From positions 15,249 through 79,248 of the forward strand of contig JBEKBK010000001.1 of NCBI GenBank assembly GCA_050015435.1: 64,000 nt of DNA. The letters run 5' to 3'. The translations under genes were made by a program, and so were the position numbers. The stretch is from Bryobacteraceae bacterium (GTDB lineage Bacteria > Acidobacteriota > Terriglobia > Bryobacterales > Bryobacteraceae). Positions 18,453 to 28,557 of this stretch are shown one piece after another. The notes beneath the pieces are model-generated. The model was given only the letters and a program-made list of their open reading frames with translations. It was not told the DNA's origin and did not search any database. Positions within the stretch are counted from its first letter, which is position 1; each line of letters begins with the position of its first letter.

Positions 18453-21116
18453 ATGTCTACCGCGATTTTGTCGCCGACCGCCTTGGATAATCGGCAGGAA
18501 ACTGCTGAGTGGCTCGAGGCTTTAGATCAAGTGCTCGCCAGCGCCGGACCTGAGCGCGCCGCCGAGCTGCTGCGCGAGCTCAATCTGCACGGGCAACGGC
18601 GCGGGGTGAAGGTCGCGCGAATGCTGAGCACGGCTTACGTGAATACCATTCCAGCGGCGGAGCAGCCGTGCTATCCGGGCGACTTGGAAATAGAGCGCCG
18701 CCTGAGCGACATCCTGCGGTGGAATGCGATGGCCATGGTGGTGCGAGCCAACCAGGAAACCAGCGAGTTGGGAGGGCATCTGGCCAGCTACGCGTCCGCT
18801 GCCGATCTGTTTGAGGTGGGGTTTCATCACTTCTTCCGGGGTGGCGCGAACGCGGACTTGGTCTTCTTACAGCCCCACTCTTCCCCGGGCATCTATGCTC
18901 GAGCCTTTCTGGAAGGCCGGTTGACGGAAGAGCACCTGAGCAACTACCGTCGCGAAACCGGCGGCCACGGCCTTCCTTCGTATCCGCATCCGTGGCTCAT
19001 GCCGCACTTTTGGCAATTTCCAACCGGCTCGATGGGTCTGGGCGTGATCACGGCCATCTATCAGGCGCGCTTCATGCGATACCTTCAGGCACGCGGAATT
19101 GCGGACACTGCATCGCGCAAGGTCTGGGCGTTCGTAGGCGACGGCGAGATGGACGAGCCTGAGTCCATCGCCGGACTTACGCTCGCGGCACGAGAGAATT
19201 TGGACAACCTCATCTTTGTCGTGAACTGTAACCTGCAGCGTTTGGATGGGCCGGTACGCGGCAACGGGTCGATCATTCAGGAACTGGAAGGGCTATTCGC
19301 CGGTGCAGGATGGAATGTGATCAAAGTGCTCTGGGGGTCGGAATGGGATCCGTTGTTTGCGTCGGATAAAGACAATTGCCTGGAGCGCATGCTGCGAGAA
19401 CGCGTGGATGGCGAAATGCAAAGTTTGGGCGCGAAAGATGCGGCTTTCAATCGGGAGCACTTCTTCAATCTCGATCCGGCGACGAAGGAGATTGCCGGCC
19501 ACCTCTCCGATCAACAGATTAACCAGCTTCGCCGCGGCGGGCACGACCCTGTCAAAATCCATGCCGCCTTCGATCGTGCCAGCCGGACCGCCGCCGCACC
19601 GAGCGTGGTTCTGGCGCTGACCAAGAAAGGCTTCGGCCTTGGGCCGGCAGCCGAGTCGCGGATGGCGGCCCATCAACATAAGAAACTCAGCGCCTCCGAA
19701 TTGCTGTGGTTGCGGGACCGGTTGTCGATTCCACTCACTGATGAGCGGGCCCAAGAGGCCGCGTTCTATCGCCCATCCGCTGACAGTCTGGAACTCGACT
19801 ATCTTCAAGCGCGCAGATCGAACCTGGGAGGGTTTCTGCCTTCGCGCAGTACGACTTGTCAAACAGTCTCTGTTCCACGAGCTCGCGAGTTCGCGGATTT
19901 TGCATTCGTTCAAGACTCCCGGGAAATGTCCAGCACCGTCGCGTTTGCGCGAATGCTCACCAAACTGCTCAAGACGACGGCGTTTGGTGAACGCATCGTT
20001 CCGATCGTGGCCGACGAAGCGCGAACCTTCGGATTGCAGTCACTGTTCCGGCAAGTCGGAATTTATTCGCACTGCGGGCAGAAATACGTGCCGGAAGATC
20101 AATCTGACTTTCTGCACTACTTTGAGTCGGCGCGCGGACAAATTCTGGAAGAGGGAATTTCGGAAGCCGGCGCCCTGGCTTCCTGGATCGCGGCAGCGAC
20201 GTCGTACGCTCATCACGGCTCGCCCATGTTGCCGTTCTACATTTTCTACTCGATCTTCGGTTTTCAACGAGTGGGGGATCTAATTTGGGCGGCAGCCGAC
20301 TCGCGCTCCCGCGGTTTTCTGCTCGGCGCGACGGCTGGCCGCACCACGCTCGCTGGCGAAGGATTGCAACATCAGGATGGCTCCAGCCACTTGATCGCTT
20401 CCACCATCCCCAATTGCCGCGCCTACGATCCGTGCTTCGCCTACGAGGTGGCCGTGATTATGGAAGATGGAATGTCGGCGATGTTCGAGAGACAGGAGGA
20501 CGCGTTTTACTATCTGACGCTCATGAATGAGGGCTACGTGCATCCGATCATGCCCGCGGGCGCCGAGGAGGGTATTCTCCGGGGCATGTATCAAATCCGG
20601 AAGACCGCAATGGAAGCGCCGGGGAGGGTACAGCTCTTGGGCTCGGGAACGATATTGCTCGAAGCCCTGGCAGCCGCCGAGTTGCTCGAGCAGGAGTGGG
20701 GAATCGCGGCCGACGTCTGGAGCGTCACCAGCTACTCGCAGCTGCGCTGGGAGGCGCTCGAGATCGATCGGCAGAAGCGGCTCGACCCTAGTCACGACGG
20801 GCGAGCCCCGTGGGTGGAGGGCTGCTTAACGAGCTCATCCGTACCGGTAATTGCATCGACAGATTACGTTCGAGCGGTTCCGGATTTGATTCGTCCCTGG
20901 GTCAGAAACGGCTACGTCACGCTCGGCACGGACGGCTTCGGAAGAAGCGACACCCGGAAAGCGTTGCGGAAGTTTTTCGAAATCGATCGCCAGCATATTG
21001 CCCTCGCTGCGATCAAGGCTCTTGCGGATGAGGGTACAGTGGATTCGTCCCTAACGGAAACGTGTCTTGTTCGATATCAACTGTCGGGTTCGTCACCCGC
21101 CCCCTGGCTCGCGTGA
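18453..21116 (+). CDS. aceE: Pyruvate dehydrogenase E1 component, homodimeric type
   Basis: 887 aa with typical AceE blocks (GGHLASYASAADL, VWAFVGDGEMDEPES, NLQRLDGPVRGN). Confidence 0.95.
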   Translation: MSTAILSPTALDNRQETAEWLEALDQVLASAGPERAAELLRELNLHGQRRGVKVARMLSTAYVNTIPAAEQPCYPGDLEIERRLSDILRWNAMAMVVRANQETSELGGHLASYASAADLFEVGFHHFFRGGANADLVFLQPHSSPGIYARAFLEGRLTEEHLSNYRRETGGHGLPSYPHPWLMPHFWQFPTGSMGLGVITAIYQARFMRYLQARGIADTASRKVWAFVGDGEMDEPESIAGLTLAARENLDNLIFVVNCNLQRLDGPVRGNGSIIQELEGLFAGAGWNVIKVLWGSEWDPLFASDKDNCLERMLRERVDGEMQSLGAKDAAFNREHFFNLDPATKEIAGHLSDQQINQLRRGGHDPVKIHAAFDRASRTAAAPSVVLALTKKGFGLGPAAESRMAAHQHKKLSASELLWLRDRLSIPLTDERAQEAAFYRPSADSLELDYLQARRSNLGGFLPSRSTTCQTVSVPRAREFADFAFVQDSREMSSTVAFARMLTKLLKTTAFGERIVPIVADEARTFGLQSLFRQVGIYSHCGQKYVPEDQSDFLHYFESARGQILEEGISEAGALASWIAAATSYAHHGSPMLPFYIFYSIFGFQRVGDLIWAAADSRSRGFLLGATAGRTTLAGEGLQHQDGSSHLIASTIPNCRAYDPCFAYEVAVIMEDGMSAMFERQEDAFYYLTLMNEGYVHPIMPAGAEEGILRGMYQIRKTAMEAPGRVQLLGSGTILLEALAAAELLEQEWGIAADVWSVTSYSQLRWEALEIDRQKRLDPSHDGRAPWVEGCLTSSSVPVIASTDYVRAVPDLIRPWVRNGYVTLGTDGFGRSDTRKALRKFFEIDRQHIALAAIKALADEGTVDSSLTETCLVRYQLSGSSPAPWLA

Positions 21117-21165
21117 TGTTCCGTATCATTGTAAGGAAAGAGCGTAAAGAAAGAACGATTCCACT

Positions 21166-21984
21166 ATGTTCACGGACCTCGAACTCGCGCGCCGGCTGGA
21201 GCGAACCGAGGGGTCTGCGGGCGCGGCTTTCGTCCAAGCTCGTGGTGGAGATAGCGGGTGGATTGAGATCGCCGGCGCATACGCGATGTTCGATGGCCGG
21301 GAGTCTCCTCTTACGCAGACCTTCGGTCTCGGGATGTTCGAGGATGCAACCGAGCCGGTACTGGGCCAGATCGAAGACTACTTTCAAACTCGCAACGCGC
21401 CGGTGCACCACGAAGTCTGCCCTCTGGCCGGGGTTCCACTCATGCAGACGCTGGCCGGACGTGGCTACGTTCCCTGCGAAGTATCGAACGCTCTATTTTT
21501 GGACCTGGCAGAGAGCCGGCCGGAACCGGTCCTCAATCCGGCCCTTACGATTCGCATCGCGAATAGGCACGACCGCAACGCCTACGCCCATGCTGCCGCG
21601 GAAGGGTGGCGCGAAGCCGGAGATGTCGCTCACTTGGTCGACGAGCTGGCTCGCGTAATGTTCGCCGCCGCCGGCTATACCGGCTTCATCGTTGAGAAGG
21701 ACGGAAAGGTCATCGCCACGGCGGGGCTGGTCATGCACGATCGCGTTGCATTACTTGCCGGAGCAAGTACCATCCCGGAGGCGCGCGGGCAGGGCGCCCA
21801 GCGGGTGGTCTTGGGAGCCCGCCTGCGGCACGCCGCCGAGGCGGGCTGCGATCTCGCCATGATGGTTGCCGAGCCGGGCAGTTCGTCCCAGCGCAATGCG
21901 GAACGGAATGGCTTCCGAATCGCGTACACGCGGGCGAGGTGGCGGCTTGCAAAGTTGTCGTATTCACACGAGGAGGGGAAATGA
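21166..21984 (+). CDS. GNAT-family N-acetyltransferase
   Basis: 272 aa. C-terminal acetyl-CoA block TIPEARGQGAQRVVL..AERNGFR. Confidence 0.75.
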   Translation: MFTDLELARRLERTEGSAGAAFVQARGGDSGWIEIAGAYAMFDGRESPLTQTFGLGMFEDATEPVLGQIEDYFQTRNAPVHHEVCPLAGVPLMQTLAGRGYVPCEVSNALFLDLAESRPEPVLNPALTIRIANRHDRNAYAHAAAEGWREAGDVAHLVDELARVMFAAAGYTGFIVEKDGKVIATAGLVMHDRVALLAGASTIPEARGQGAQRVVLGARLRHAAEAGCDLAMMVAEPGSSSQRNAERNGFRIAYTRARWRLAKLSYSHEEGK

Positions 21985-23210
21985 CGAAGAATTCATGGGT
22001 TCTGGCCACTGCTGTTTTTGGCATCGTCGCCGGGAGTCTATGGGCTCAGGATTGGACGCAATGGCGAGGTCCCAACCGCGACGGCGTGGCGCCTTTTACC
22101 GAGCCGAAGACTTGGCCGGAAAAATTAACCACCAAGTGGAAAGTCGTAATAGGAGAGGGATACGCATCGCCGCTCTTTGCGGATGGCCGGATTCTGGAGT
22201 TTGCTCGGCAGGGAGACGACGAGGTTGCCATGGGTGTCGACCCAGCAAACGGCAAAATTCTTTGGCGGCAGAGCTATCCGGCGCCGTACACGCCGGTGGC
22301 CGCCGCAGCTCGCCACGGCAAAGGTCCGAAGTCAACACCTCTCGTTTACGAAGGGAGACTCTATACCTTCGGCGCATCTGGCGTTCTTTCGTCGTTCGAC
22401 GCCGCGACAGGCCAACTCGAGTGGAGGAAGGAATATAGCAAGGACTTCAAGGCCACATGGCCGGAATTCGGGACATCCATGTCGCCGGTGGCTGCGGACG
22501 GCGTGGTCGTGGTGTTGGTGGGTACGAACGACGACGGGGCCGTAATCGCCTACGACGCCAAATCCGGCGCTCAAAAGTGGATCTGGAAGGGCGACGGGCC
22601 AGCTTACGCTTCCCCGGTGATTAGCGAGATTGACGGCGTGAAGCAGGTGGTCACCCTCACGCAGAAGTACGCGATCGGCCTTTCCCTCGCATCGGGAGAC
22701 CTGTTGTGGCGAATCAATTTCCCGGGACGGGAAGGCATGAACATACCCACCCCGCTTCGCTTCGGTCAGCGGCTGATCCTGGCGGGCGACCCCGGAACGA
22801 TGTTGCTCCAGGTGAACAAGCAGAACAATTCCTGGACGGCGGAGAAGGCGTGGGTGATTACCGAGCTTACGATGCGTTTCAGTTCCCCCGTGCAGAAGGG
22901 CAATCTGATTTTCGGATTTTCCAGCCGGCAAAGCGGGATTTTCTTTTGCGTCGATGCGGAGACCGGGAAGACGCTGTGGACCAGTCCTCCGAGGCAAGGG
23001 GACAACTCCGTGGTCTTCATTTCGGGAGACCTGCTGTTCCTTTTGAAGGATAACGCCGAATTAATCGTCGCCCGCGCAAGCGGTGCCGCGTTCGAGCCGC
23101 TGCACACCTACGAGGTGGCTGCCAGTTCAACCTACGCCAACCCTTTGATGCTGCCCAAAGGTATCGTGATCAAGGACAACACTTCACTTTCGTATTTGAC
23201 TTGGGAGTAA
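21981..23210 (+). CDS. Exported PQQ-like (BamB-type) beta-propeller repeat protein
   Basis: ATG at 21981 preceded by AGGAGGGG, with ATGA overlap to the GNAT stop. Signal peptide followed by DWTQWRGPNRDG, typical of this family. Confidence 0.8.
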   Translation: MTKNSWVLATAVFGIVAGSLWAQDWTQWRGPNRDGVAPFTEPKTWPEKLTTKWKVVIGEGYASPLFADGRILEFARQGDDEVAMGVDPANGKILWRQSYPAPYTPVAAAARHGKGPKSTPLVYEGRLYTFGASGVLSSFDAATGQLEWRKEYSKDFKATWPEFGTSMSPVAADGVVVVLVGTNDDGAVIAYDAKSGAQKWIWKGDGPAYASPVISEIDGVKQVVTLTQKYAIGLSLASGDLLWRINFPGREGMNIPTPLRFGQRLILAGDPGTMLLQVNKQNNSWTAEKAWVITELTMRFSSPVQKGNLIFGFSSRQSGIFFCVDAETGKTLWTSPPRQGDNSVVFISGDLLFLLKDNAELIVARASGAAFEPLHTYEVAASSTYANPLMLPKGIVIKDNTSLSYLTWE

Positions 23211-23213
23211 CAC

Positions 23214-24032
23214 TCAGTGGTCGCATGCATCGATCTGATCATGCGGATTCGTACGTATTGCAAAACCGAATTCATCGCGGGGCGGGAGGCTTTTATGTGG
23301 TGCCGAACAGGGAGCAAACTCAACCGGTACAGGGTAGTCTTTGCGAATTCGCAGCCCGCCCATTCGTGTCCTCAGGAATTGGACTGCCGGGACAATCTGC
23401 GCGACGATCTTCCCGCTGGCGTCCCTTCCCAGGAGTTGAAGTTCGCCGGGGTGATCTGAGGTCCTCGCCAGCGGGTCCTCCGACAGATCGGGGAGGGACA
23501 ACTGGAAGCTCCCGTTCGCGGAAGCATGTTGCGTCCCGCCCAGCGGAATGTCCGTTAGGATTGCGTCACCAAGGCCCAAGAAGCGCCCCGCCCAACGAGC
23601 CACGTACTTCACCTGAATGTTGATATCGCGGCCGGAGAGCCGGTCAGGGTTAATCAGCGTGCCGTTCAAAGTGACATTCGGTAGAGGCTGGCAAACGAGG
23701 GAGTATCGTGGAGCGGCCGCACCCGCGGTTGGCAGGTCGATCGTTTGGAGCATGCACCCTGGAGCGTAGACCAGCGCTCTAAACCGATTCGCTGGAGTCC
23801 CGTGGCGCTTGGTGCTGATAAAGTACGTGGAGACTCCCGGATGCGGCTCCAGCCACCCGCCGAAATCGTCATCCAGCACGTACCTCATGAATAACGTTTC
23901 GGAGCGAACTCCAACCGGGAGCGTGATCGCAACGTAGGCCGCCGCACTGCCAGCAGGTTGCGGCGCTTGCGCGGAACAAATCTGAACAACAAGAGGCAAC
24001 GCCAACAAAGCTCCTGAGCGACAGCCTCTCAT
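23214..24032 (-). CDS. Exported hypothetical protein
   Basis: The internal ATG gives signal peptide MRGCRSGALLALPLVVQICSAQA. No family recognised. Confidence 0.6.
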   Translation of the reverse strand: MRGCRSGALLALPLVVQICSAQAPQPAGSAAAYVAITLPVGVRSETLFMRYVLDDDFGGWLEPHPGVSTYFISTKRHGTPANRFRALVYAPGCMLQTIDLPTAGAAAPRYSLVCQPLPNVTLNGTLINPDRLSGRDINIQVKYVARWAGRFLGLGDAILTDIPLGGTQHASANGSFQLSLPDLSEDPLARTSDHPGELQLLGRDASGKIVAQIVPAVQFLRTRMGGLRIRKDYPVPVEFAPCSAPHKSLPPRDEFGFAIRTNPHDQIDACDH

Positions 24033-24129
24033 ACCCCGATCATAGCGCCGGGGACGCTCTGACGCCGGACGCACTTAGTACCTTCGACCGATTGCTTCGC
24101 TAGGCCCCAGGTGGTAATTTTCAGATGCC

Positions 24130-24420
24130 GTGGAACTCAAAACATTAACATTAAACCCGACCGCAAACCCGACCGCGTCATCTGAAGTTGCCGCGCGAGT
24201 CAAGGTTCTCAATCCCGTGACATCGTCAGGGCCTTCAATGCACGCCCAGATCGTCAGTTTTACCGATGGCGGATTCCAGGTGCGAGTTCCGCAACGCATC
24301 CTGGTCGGATCACACGTTCAGGTCCGCACTCGCGAAATCGTTGCGTTTGGAGAGGTGCGTTCCATGGTCCCGGTGGGGGATGAGTTCGATATTGGAGTGC
24401 AAGTGCAGCGGTCGTCGTAG
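24130..24420 (+). CDS. Small PilZ-like beta-barrel protein (tentative)
   Basis: 96 aa, GTG start. The pattern AQIVSFTDGGFQVRVPQRILVGSHVQV..FGEVRSMVPVGDEFDIGVQV resembles PilZ-domain cores. Confidence 0.45.
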   Translation: MELKTLTLNPTANPTASSEVAARVKVLNPVTSSGPSMHAQIVSFTDGGFQVRVPQRILVGSHVQVRTREIVAFGEVRSMVPVGDEFDIGVQVQRSS

Positions 24421-24432
24421 AGCTTGTTTGGT

Positions 24433-24888
24433 CTACTGTCGCTGGAAGACCAATGTCTCCAGTGCACGGCGTGGGCGATCGATCATCAAGACCATGCTTC
24501 CATCGCCGCGGAGGCTATAGCGCTCGACGGTAGTGATTCCTTCTCGAGTGGTGGTCACCTTCAGAACACCACCCTCCCATTTGGACTTGCTAGTTACGCC
24601 GGGATTCTTGATAATCGTGTTCTCGCGGGAATCCGTACTGAAGCTCGATGTCGTGGATTGATTCGCGCCTTGGTAAGTGAAATTGCGCGAAACGTAGATG
24701 TTGCTCTCCCGATCGTTGATCGTGATCGTACCGGATTCGATAACCGGCTCCTCATGAAATTCGCTGCGCGACGGTATCAATTGCCAGGTTCCGTTCAACT
24801 CGTGATGATTGGCGGCCAATGCACATCCGGCAAAGATGGTTAAGGCCGCCGCGCCTGTCAGGAAACTTCTACAGGATTGTCGCCGCAT
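24433..24888 (-). CDS. Exported hypothetical protein (possible Tat signal)
   Basis: The internal ATG gives MRRQSCRSFLTGAAALTIFAGCALAA. Beta-rich mature part. Confidence 0.6.
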   Translation of the reverse strand: MRRQSCRSFLTGAAALTIFAGCALAANHHELNGTWQLIPSRSEFHEEPVIESGTITINDRESNIYVSRNFTYQGANQSTTSSFSTDSRENTIIKNPGVTSKSKWEGGVLKVTTTREGITTVERYSLRGDGSMVLMIDRPRRALETLVFQRQ

Positions 24889-24942
24889 AACGCCTCCTAA
24901 CAGGTTGTTATGCAGCCGGGCTGCCACTGCAAATCCAGGCCG

Positions 24943-25317
24943 TCATCTCCAATGCCAGTCATCGCGCAGGCGTTGCAACTCGTGCAGATCGTCCGTCATC
25001 CTTTCGCGGGCATGGCCGTCGAGTGCATCTATATGCGTAATGTGCTCGATCTCACCGATCGCTGCGTCCAGCCTGCCGCGATCCAGACGATTTCGGTCGA
25101 GGTCCTGGCGAATGTCGGTCAGGTTACGCTCGACGGCTTCGTAATGGCCACGATCCCCCATGGCCCACACGTCATGATGCTCGATGTGGCGCAAATCCTC
25201 CTGGGTTCTTTCGATGACACGATGGGCGCGACCCCAGTCGCCCTCCTGCGCGTACATTGGAAAACATCCGGCGAGAAGCAAGCCGGCGATGGCAAAAGAT
25301 GATGTTTGTTTGCGCAT
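24943..25317 (-). CDS. Exported hypothetical His/Asp/Arg-rich helical protein
   Basis: Signal peptide MRKQTSSFAIAGLLLAGCFPMYAQE. 124 aa. Confidence 0.6.
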   Translation of the reverse strand: MRKQTSSFAIAGLLLAGCFPMYAQEGDWGRAHRVIERTQEDLRHIEHHDVWAMGDRGHYEAVERNLTDIRQDLDRNRLDRGRLDAAIGEIEHITHIDALDGHARERMTDDLHELQRLRDDWHWR

Positions 25318-25384
25318 AACTCACTCCGCAGATTTGATCCAGCAGAGCAAGAAATGTTTCCGAGGCGTCGTCCCCCGGGCCGCT

Positions 25385-25990
25385 TCATTTTTTTGGTTCA
25401 GGGCCGATACGTTCAATGGTGACGCCGATGAGCTTGACGGGGTCGATGGGCCGATCCCCCCGCAACGGGGCACGACTGATCTTAACGGCGACCTCTAAAC
25501 CCGAGACGACTTCGCCGAAGATGGTGTATTTGCCCGTCCATTCCGGCACTTGCTCCGTAGTGATGAAGAACTGGCATCCACCGGAGTCGGCACTCCCCTT
25601 ATTGGCGACAGCCAATCTTCCCGACCGATCGAACCTTAGGCCGGGCAGAATTTCATCCCTGATCGTTATCCCGCAATTGTGCGATCCGGTCGCGGTGGGA
25701 TCACCGGACTGGATCATCTGGCCTGGCAGCACGCGGTGAAAGGTGATGCCGTCATAGAGCGGACGCTTCACCATTACGCCCGACTTAGGATCTAACCACG
25801 CCTTGGTTCCTTGGGCTAGGCCTACGAAGTTTCGCACGGCGATGGGAGTGTCCTTTTCATACAGCCTAGCGGTGATATTTCCCTGCGACGTACGGAACAC
25901 CGCATAGAGACCGGGCTTCAAGGTTGGATCTTGGGCCCGGAGGGCGGAAGCGATCAGGATCAGCGCGTGGAGCAGTCTCAATGTGCTCAT
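25385..25990 (-). CDS. Peptidyl-prolyl cis-trans isomerase, cyclophilin type, exported
   Basis: Cyclophilin blocks FHRVLPGQMIQSGDP and GSADSGGCQFFITT. The start at 25990 (MSTLRLLHALILIASALRA) avoids overlap with the GT39 gene. Confidence 0.9.
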   Translation of the reverse strand: MSTLRLLHALILIASALRAQDPTLKPGLYAVFRTSQGNITARLYEKDTPIAVRNFVGLAQGTKAWLDPKSGVMVKRPLYDGITFHRVLPGQMIQSGDPTATGSHNCGITIRDEILPGLRFDRSGRLAVANKGSADSGGCQFFITTEQVPEWTGKYTIFGEVVSGLEVAVKISRAPLRGDRPIDPVKLIGVTIERIGPEPKK

Positions 25991-26019
25991 TCTATCGAAG
26001 ACGGTTGGCGTAGCGCGTG

Positions 26020-27648
26020 TCAGTTCCAATTTTTCAACATTGGCCAGATGTCGTTCAGAGGCTGCTTGAGGCCGCGGCAATAGAAGACGTCGAAATGCTC
26101 GTATGGCATCGAGTACGGGTGAGATACGCTGGCGACCTTTTGAACCTGGGCGAATTTTGACTCGAGATCCTGCTGCTGTCCATGCATGACGATCATACTC
26201 TCGCCGGTATAGCCACGCGGCCCCCATAGGAAGTAGCTCTGATGCCCGCTGAGGGCGGGCGGCAAGCCGTATTTCGGGCCGAACATGTCGATGGCCCCGG
26301 CTTCTCCATAATTCTGACCGAAGATCGCGGTCTCGTTCCGGACTTCCGCCGGCAGGCTGTTAAAGACCCGCGCGACGGTGACCGTCATCTCCTCCCAGCC
26401 GAATCGGTCGGCGAACAGTTGCGGCAGGGGACCGAGCTTGTGAGTCTCGATCGTAGGTGGGGCGAGATGCAGAGCCTGTGTGAAGCGGATGTAGGTCTCC
26501 GGCGGCAGGACGGGAATGGCGAACGGTGCGATGAAGACTCCGCTGGCTACGAGCGCGATAGACCACACAAATGTCAGCCAACGAGCCTGCGTCTCCCAAA
26601 AGCGCAAAGGGTGCGGCGCGCGCCTCCAACAAGGGTAAGGAACTGATCGCGCCGCACTCCGTTTTGCGCGAGTCTCCCAAAAGACCGCTCCGGCCGCGAA
26701 CAAGATCGGGAAGGCTGGAAAAAGATAATAGATGCGCGGGCTGAGCGCGACGATCACACCTGCGGCGAAAACCCACGCCCACCCCAGCACTCGAAATGGC
26801 TTTCCCTTGGCCAAGAAGAAGAACCAGAGGCCGGCCAACCAGATCGGGAGAGTAAGCGGATTCATGGCCCCAATCTCCTGGCCTAAGAATGCCAGCGGCG
26901 TGAGCGCAACATCGCGCCCGCTACGGCGGATATTCGCCTGCTCTTCAAGGAATGGAAAGTGGTGCTGAACATTCCACAGCAGATTCGGCAGGAAGATGAG
27001 CAACGCGATCGCTCCGGCGATCCAGATCCATGGATTCGCAAATACTTTGCGTTGCGGAGTCAGGATCAGACCGACGACAATGCCTGCTCCGAAGATCAGC
27101 ATGGAGTGCTTGTTCTCGAGGCCGAATCCCGCCAGGACGCCGAACCAGATCCAGAGCTTCTGGTTGCCGGTATTCACAATGCGGATCACTACCCAGGCGC
27201 ATCCCATCCAAAACAGCGGCTCGAAAGCGTTCATCGAAAAAAAGCTCTGGGTAGCAAGAATACCTGGCGCGACCAGCACGGCGAGGGCGGCGAGACCCTG
27301 CGCGACCCGCTTCCCGCCGAGTTCGCGCGCGATCAGAGCGGTGAGCGCGACCTCAACCGCTCCTGCTACGGCGGGCAAAAAACGGATCGCCGTTATTGAC
27401 TCGCCGATAATCGACCGCACGATCCAGGCGATCAGCGCAATGAGCGGCGGCTGGTCGACGTAGCCCCAATCTAAATGCCTGCTGCAAGCCAGATAATACA
27501 ACTCGTCGCGGAAATAGCCGTATTGAGGCGCAGTATATAAGTCGACCAGAAACTTACACGCAGCAACACACAGGATCACCCCTCCGGCAGTGAGCGGAAA
27601 GAGGATCTTGCGGCTGACGCCAACCTCCGAGGTGGATGAAGGGCTCAT
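26020..27648 (-). CDS. Glycosyltransferase family 39 (ArnT/PMT-like) membrane protein
   Basis: 542 aa, polytopic. N-terminal YFRDELYYLACSRHLDWGYVDQPPL motif is typical of GT39. Confidence 0.85.
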   Translation of the reverse strand: MSPSSTSEVGVSRKILFPLTAGGVILCVAACKFLVDLYTAPQYGYFRDELYYLACSRHLDWGYVDQPPLIALIAWIVRSIIGESITAIRFLPAVAGAVEVALTALIARELGGKRVAQGLAALAVLVAPGILATQSFFSMNAFEPLFWMGCAWVVIRIVNTGNQKLWIWFGVLAGFGLENKHSMLIFGAGIVVGLILTPQRKVFANPWIWIAGAIALLIFLPNLLWNVQHHFPFLEEQANIRRSGRDVALTPLAFLGQEIGAMNPLTLPIWLAGLWFFFLAKGKPFRVLGWAWVFAAGVIVALSPRIYYLFPAFPILFAAGAVFWETRAKRSAARSVPYPCWRRAPHPLRFWETQARWLTFVWSIALVASGVFIAPFAIPVLPPETYIRFTQALHLAPPTIETHKLGPLPQLFADRFGWEEMTVTVARVFNSLPAEVRNETAIFGQNYGEAGAIDMFGPKYGLPPALSGHQSYFLWGPRGYTGESMIVMHGQQQDLESKFAQVQKVASVSHPYSMPYEHFDVFYCRGLKQPLNDIWPMLKNWN

Positions 27649-27663
27649 AAGTCGCGAGGCTGC

Positions 27664-28455
27664 TTATTCAACTGTATTGGAACCGAGGGTCGATTGGCGG
27701 GGCGAACGGGGGCTGGCCGCGGTTAAAGCACGGCCCTCGGCATTGGTGCGGTTACTGAATGATAGCGGCTCCGTTGATGGCGCCCCCGATTTTTCAACGT
27801 AAAGCGCAGGCATCGATGACGCCATGCAGGCCGCTCTGAATAGCCAGGTCGGTCGGCGCGTTGTGAGCGTAGTGACACCGATGTTATCCAGGAAGACGTT
27901 GCTGTCGCTGACGAGATATCGCAACAGTTGCGTGCCGGGGCTATCCGACGAGAAGAGAAAGTGTCCGGAAAGAGCGTTCCAGCAGGGCGCATGGGTGATC
28001 GATCCTTGTGCGTTCGTGAACGGTGTCGGGCCCGTTGCCGTGCTGACGGAATGAGCGATGGTCGTACACGTAGTCGCCATCGGCAACCATTCCCACTCTT
28101 TTCCGATTAGATGGCTCCGCCGGCATACGAAATAATCTGCGCGGAACTCCCGTCGCCGATCAGGAGTTGAGTAATACCGTCGTTAGACCCAACGGTATTT
28201 CGGTACGCGTTAAACGATTCCGCCATGTTAGTACTTAGGACAACCAGATGATCGTGTCCAAAGGTGACAGAGACGGGCTGTGAAGTTGTTTTCAGGGTCT
28301 GAATGGGCTGCATCGCGTTGCCCTCTCGCTGGAAGATCGTGACGGTGAATGAGCTGCAGTTTATGACGGCCGCGAGCTCGCCCGAAACTGCCACACCGCC
28401 GCGTTTCCGCTGGCCCTGTCGTTGCCATCCCGACAGGGCTCTTCTTCAATAACAT
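27664..28455 (-). pseudogene. Probable decayed beta-propeller (lactonase-like) gene with multiple frameshifts
   Basis: Protein-like pieces lie in different frames (28394-28107 ..VINCSSFTVTIFQREGN..; 28086-27850 ..ITHAPCWNALSGHFLFSSDSPGTQLLRYLVSD..). There is a good RBS+ATG at 28455, but no single intact ORF. Confidence 0.35.
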
Positions 28456-28557
28456 TTGTTTCTCCTCATTGAACATTCGCCAGCCCAAGACGGGCCGGCC
28501 GTGGGAGCTTCTGAAAGGCAAATGTCTATTCGTTGTGAGCCAGAGGAAGTTACGGTG

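Noticed and set aside
19293-20283. 206-aa minus-strand and 214-aa plus-strand ORFs inside aceE
   Set aside because: The aceE frame is unambiguous. These are shadow or out-of-frame ORFs.
25991-26227. 79-codon N-terminal extension of the cyclophilin ORF
   Set aside because: It would overlap the 3-prime end of the GT39 gene by about 200 nt. The internal ATG at 25990 gives a proper signal peptide.
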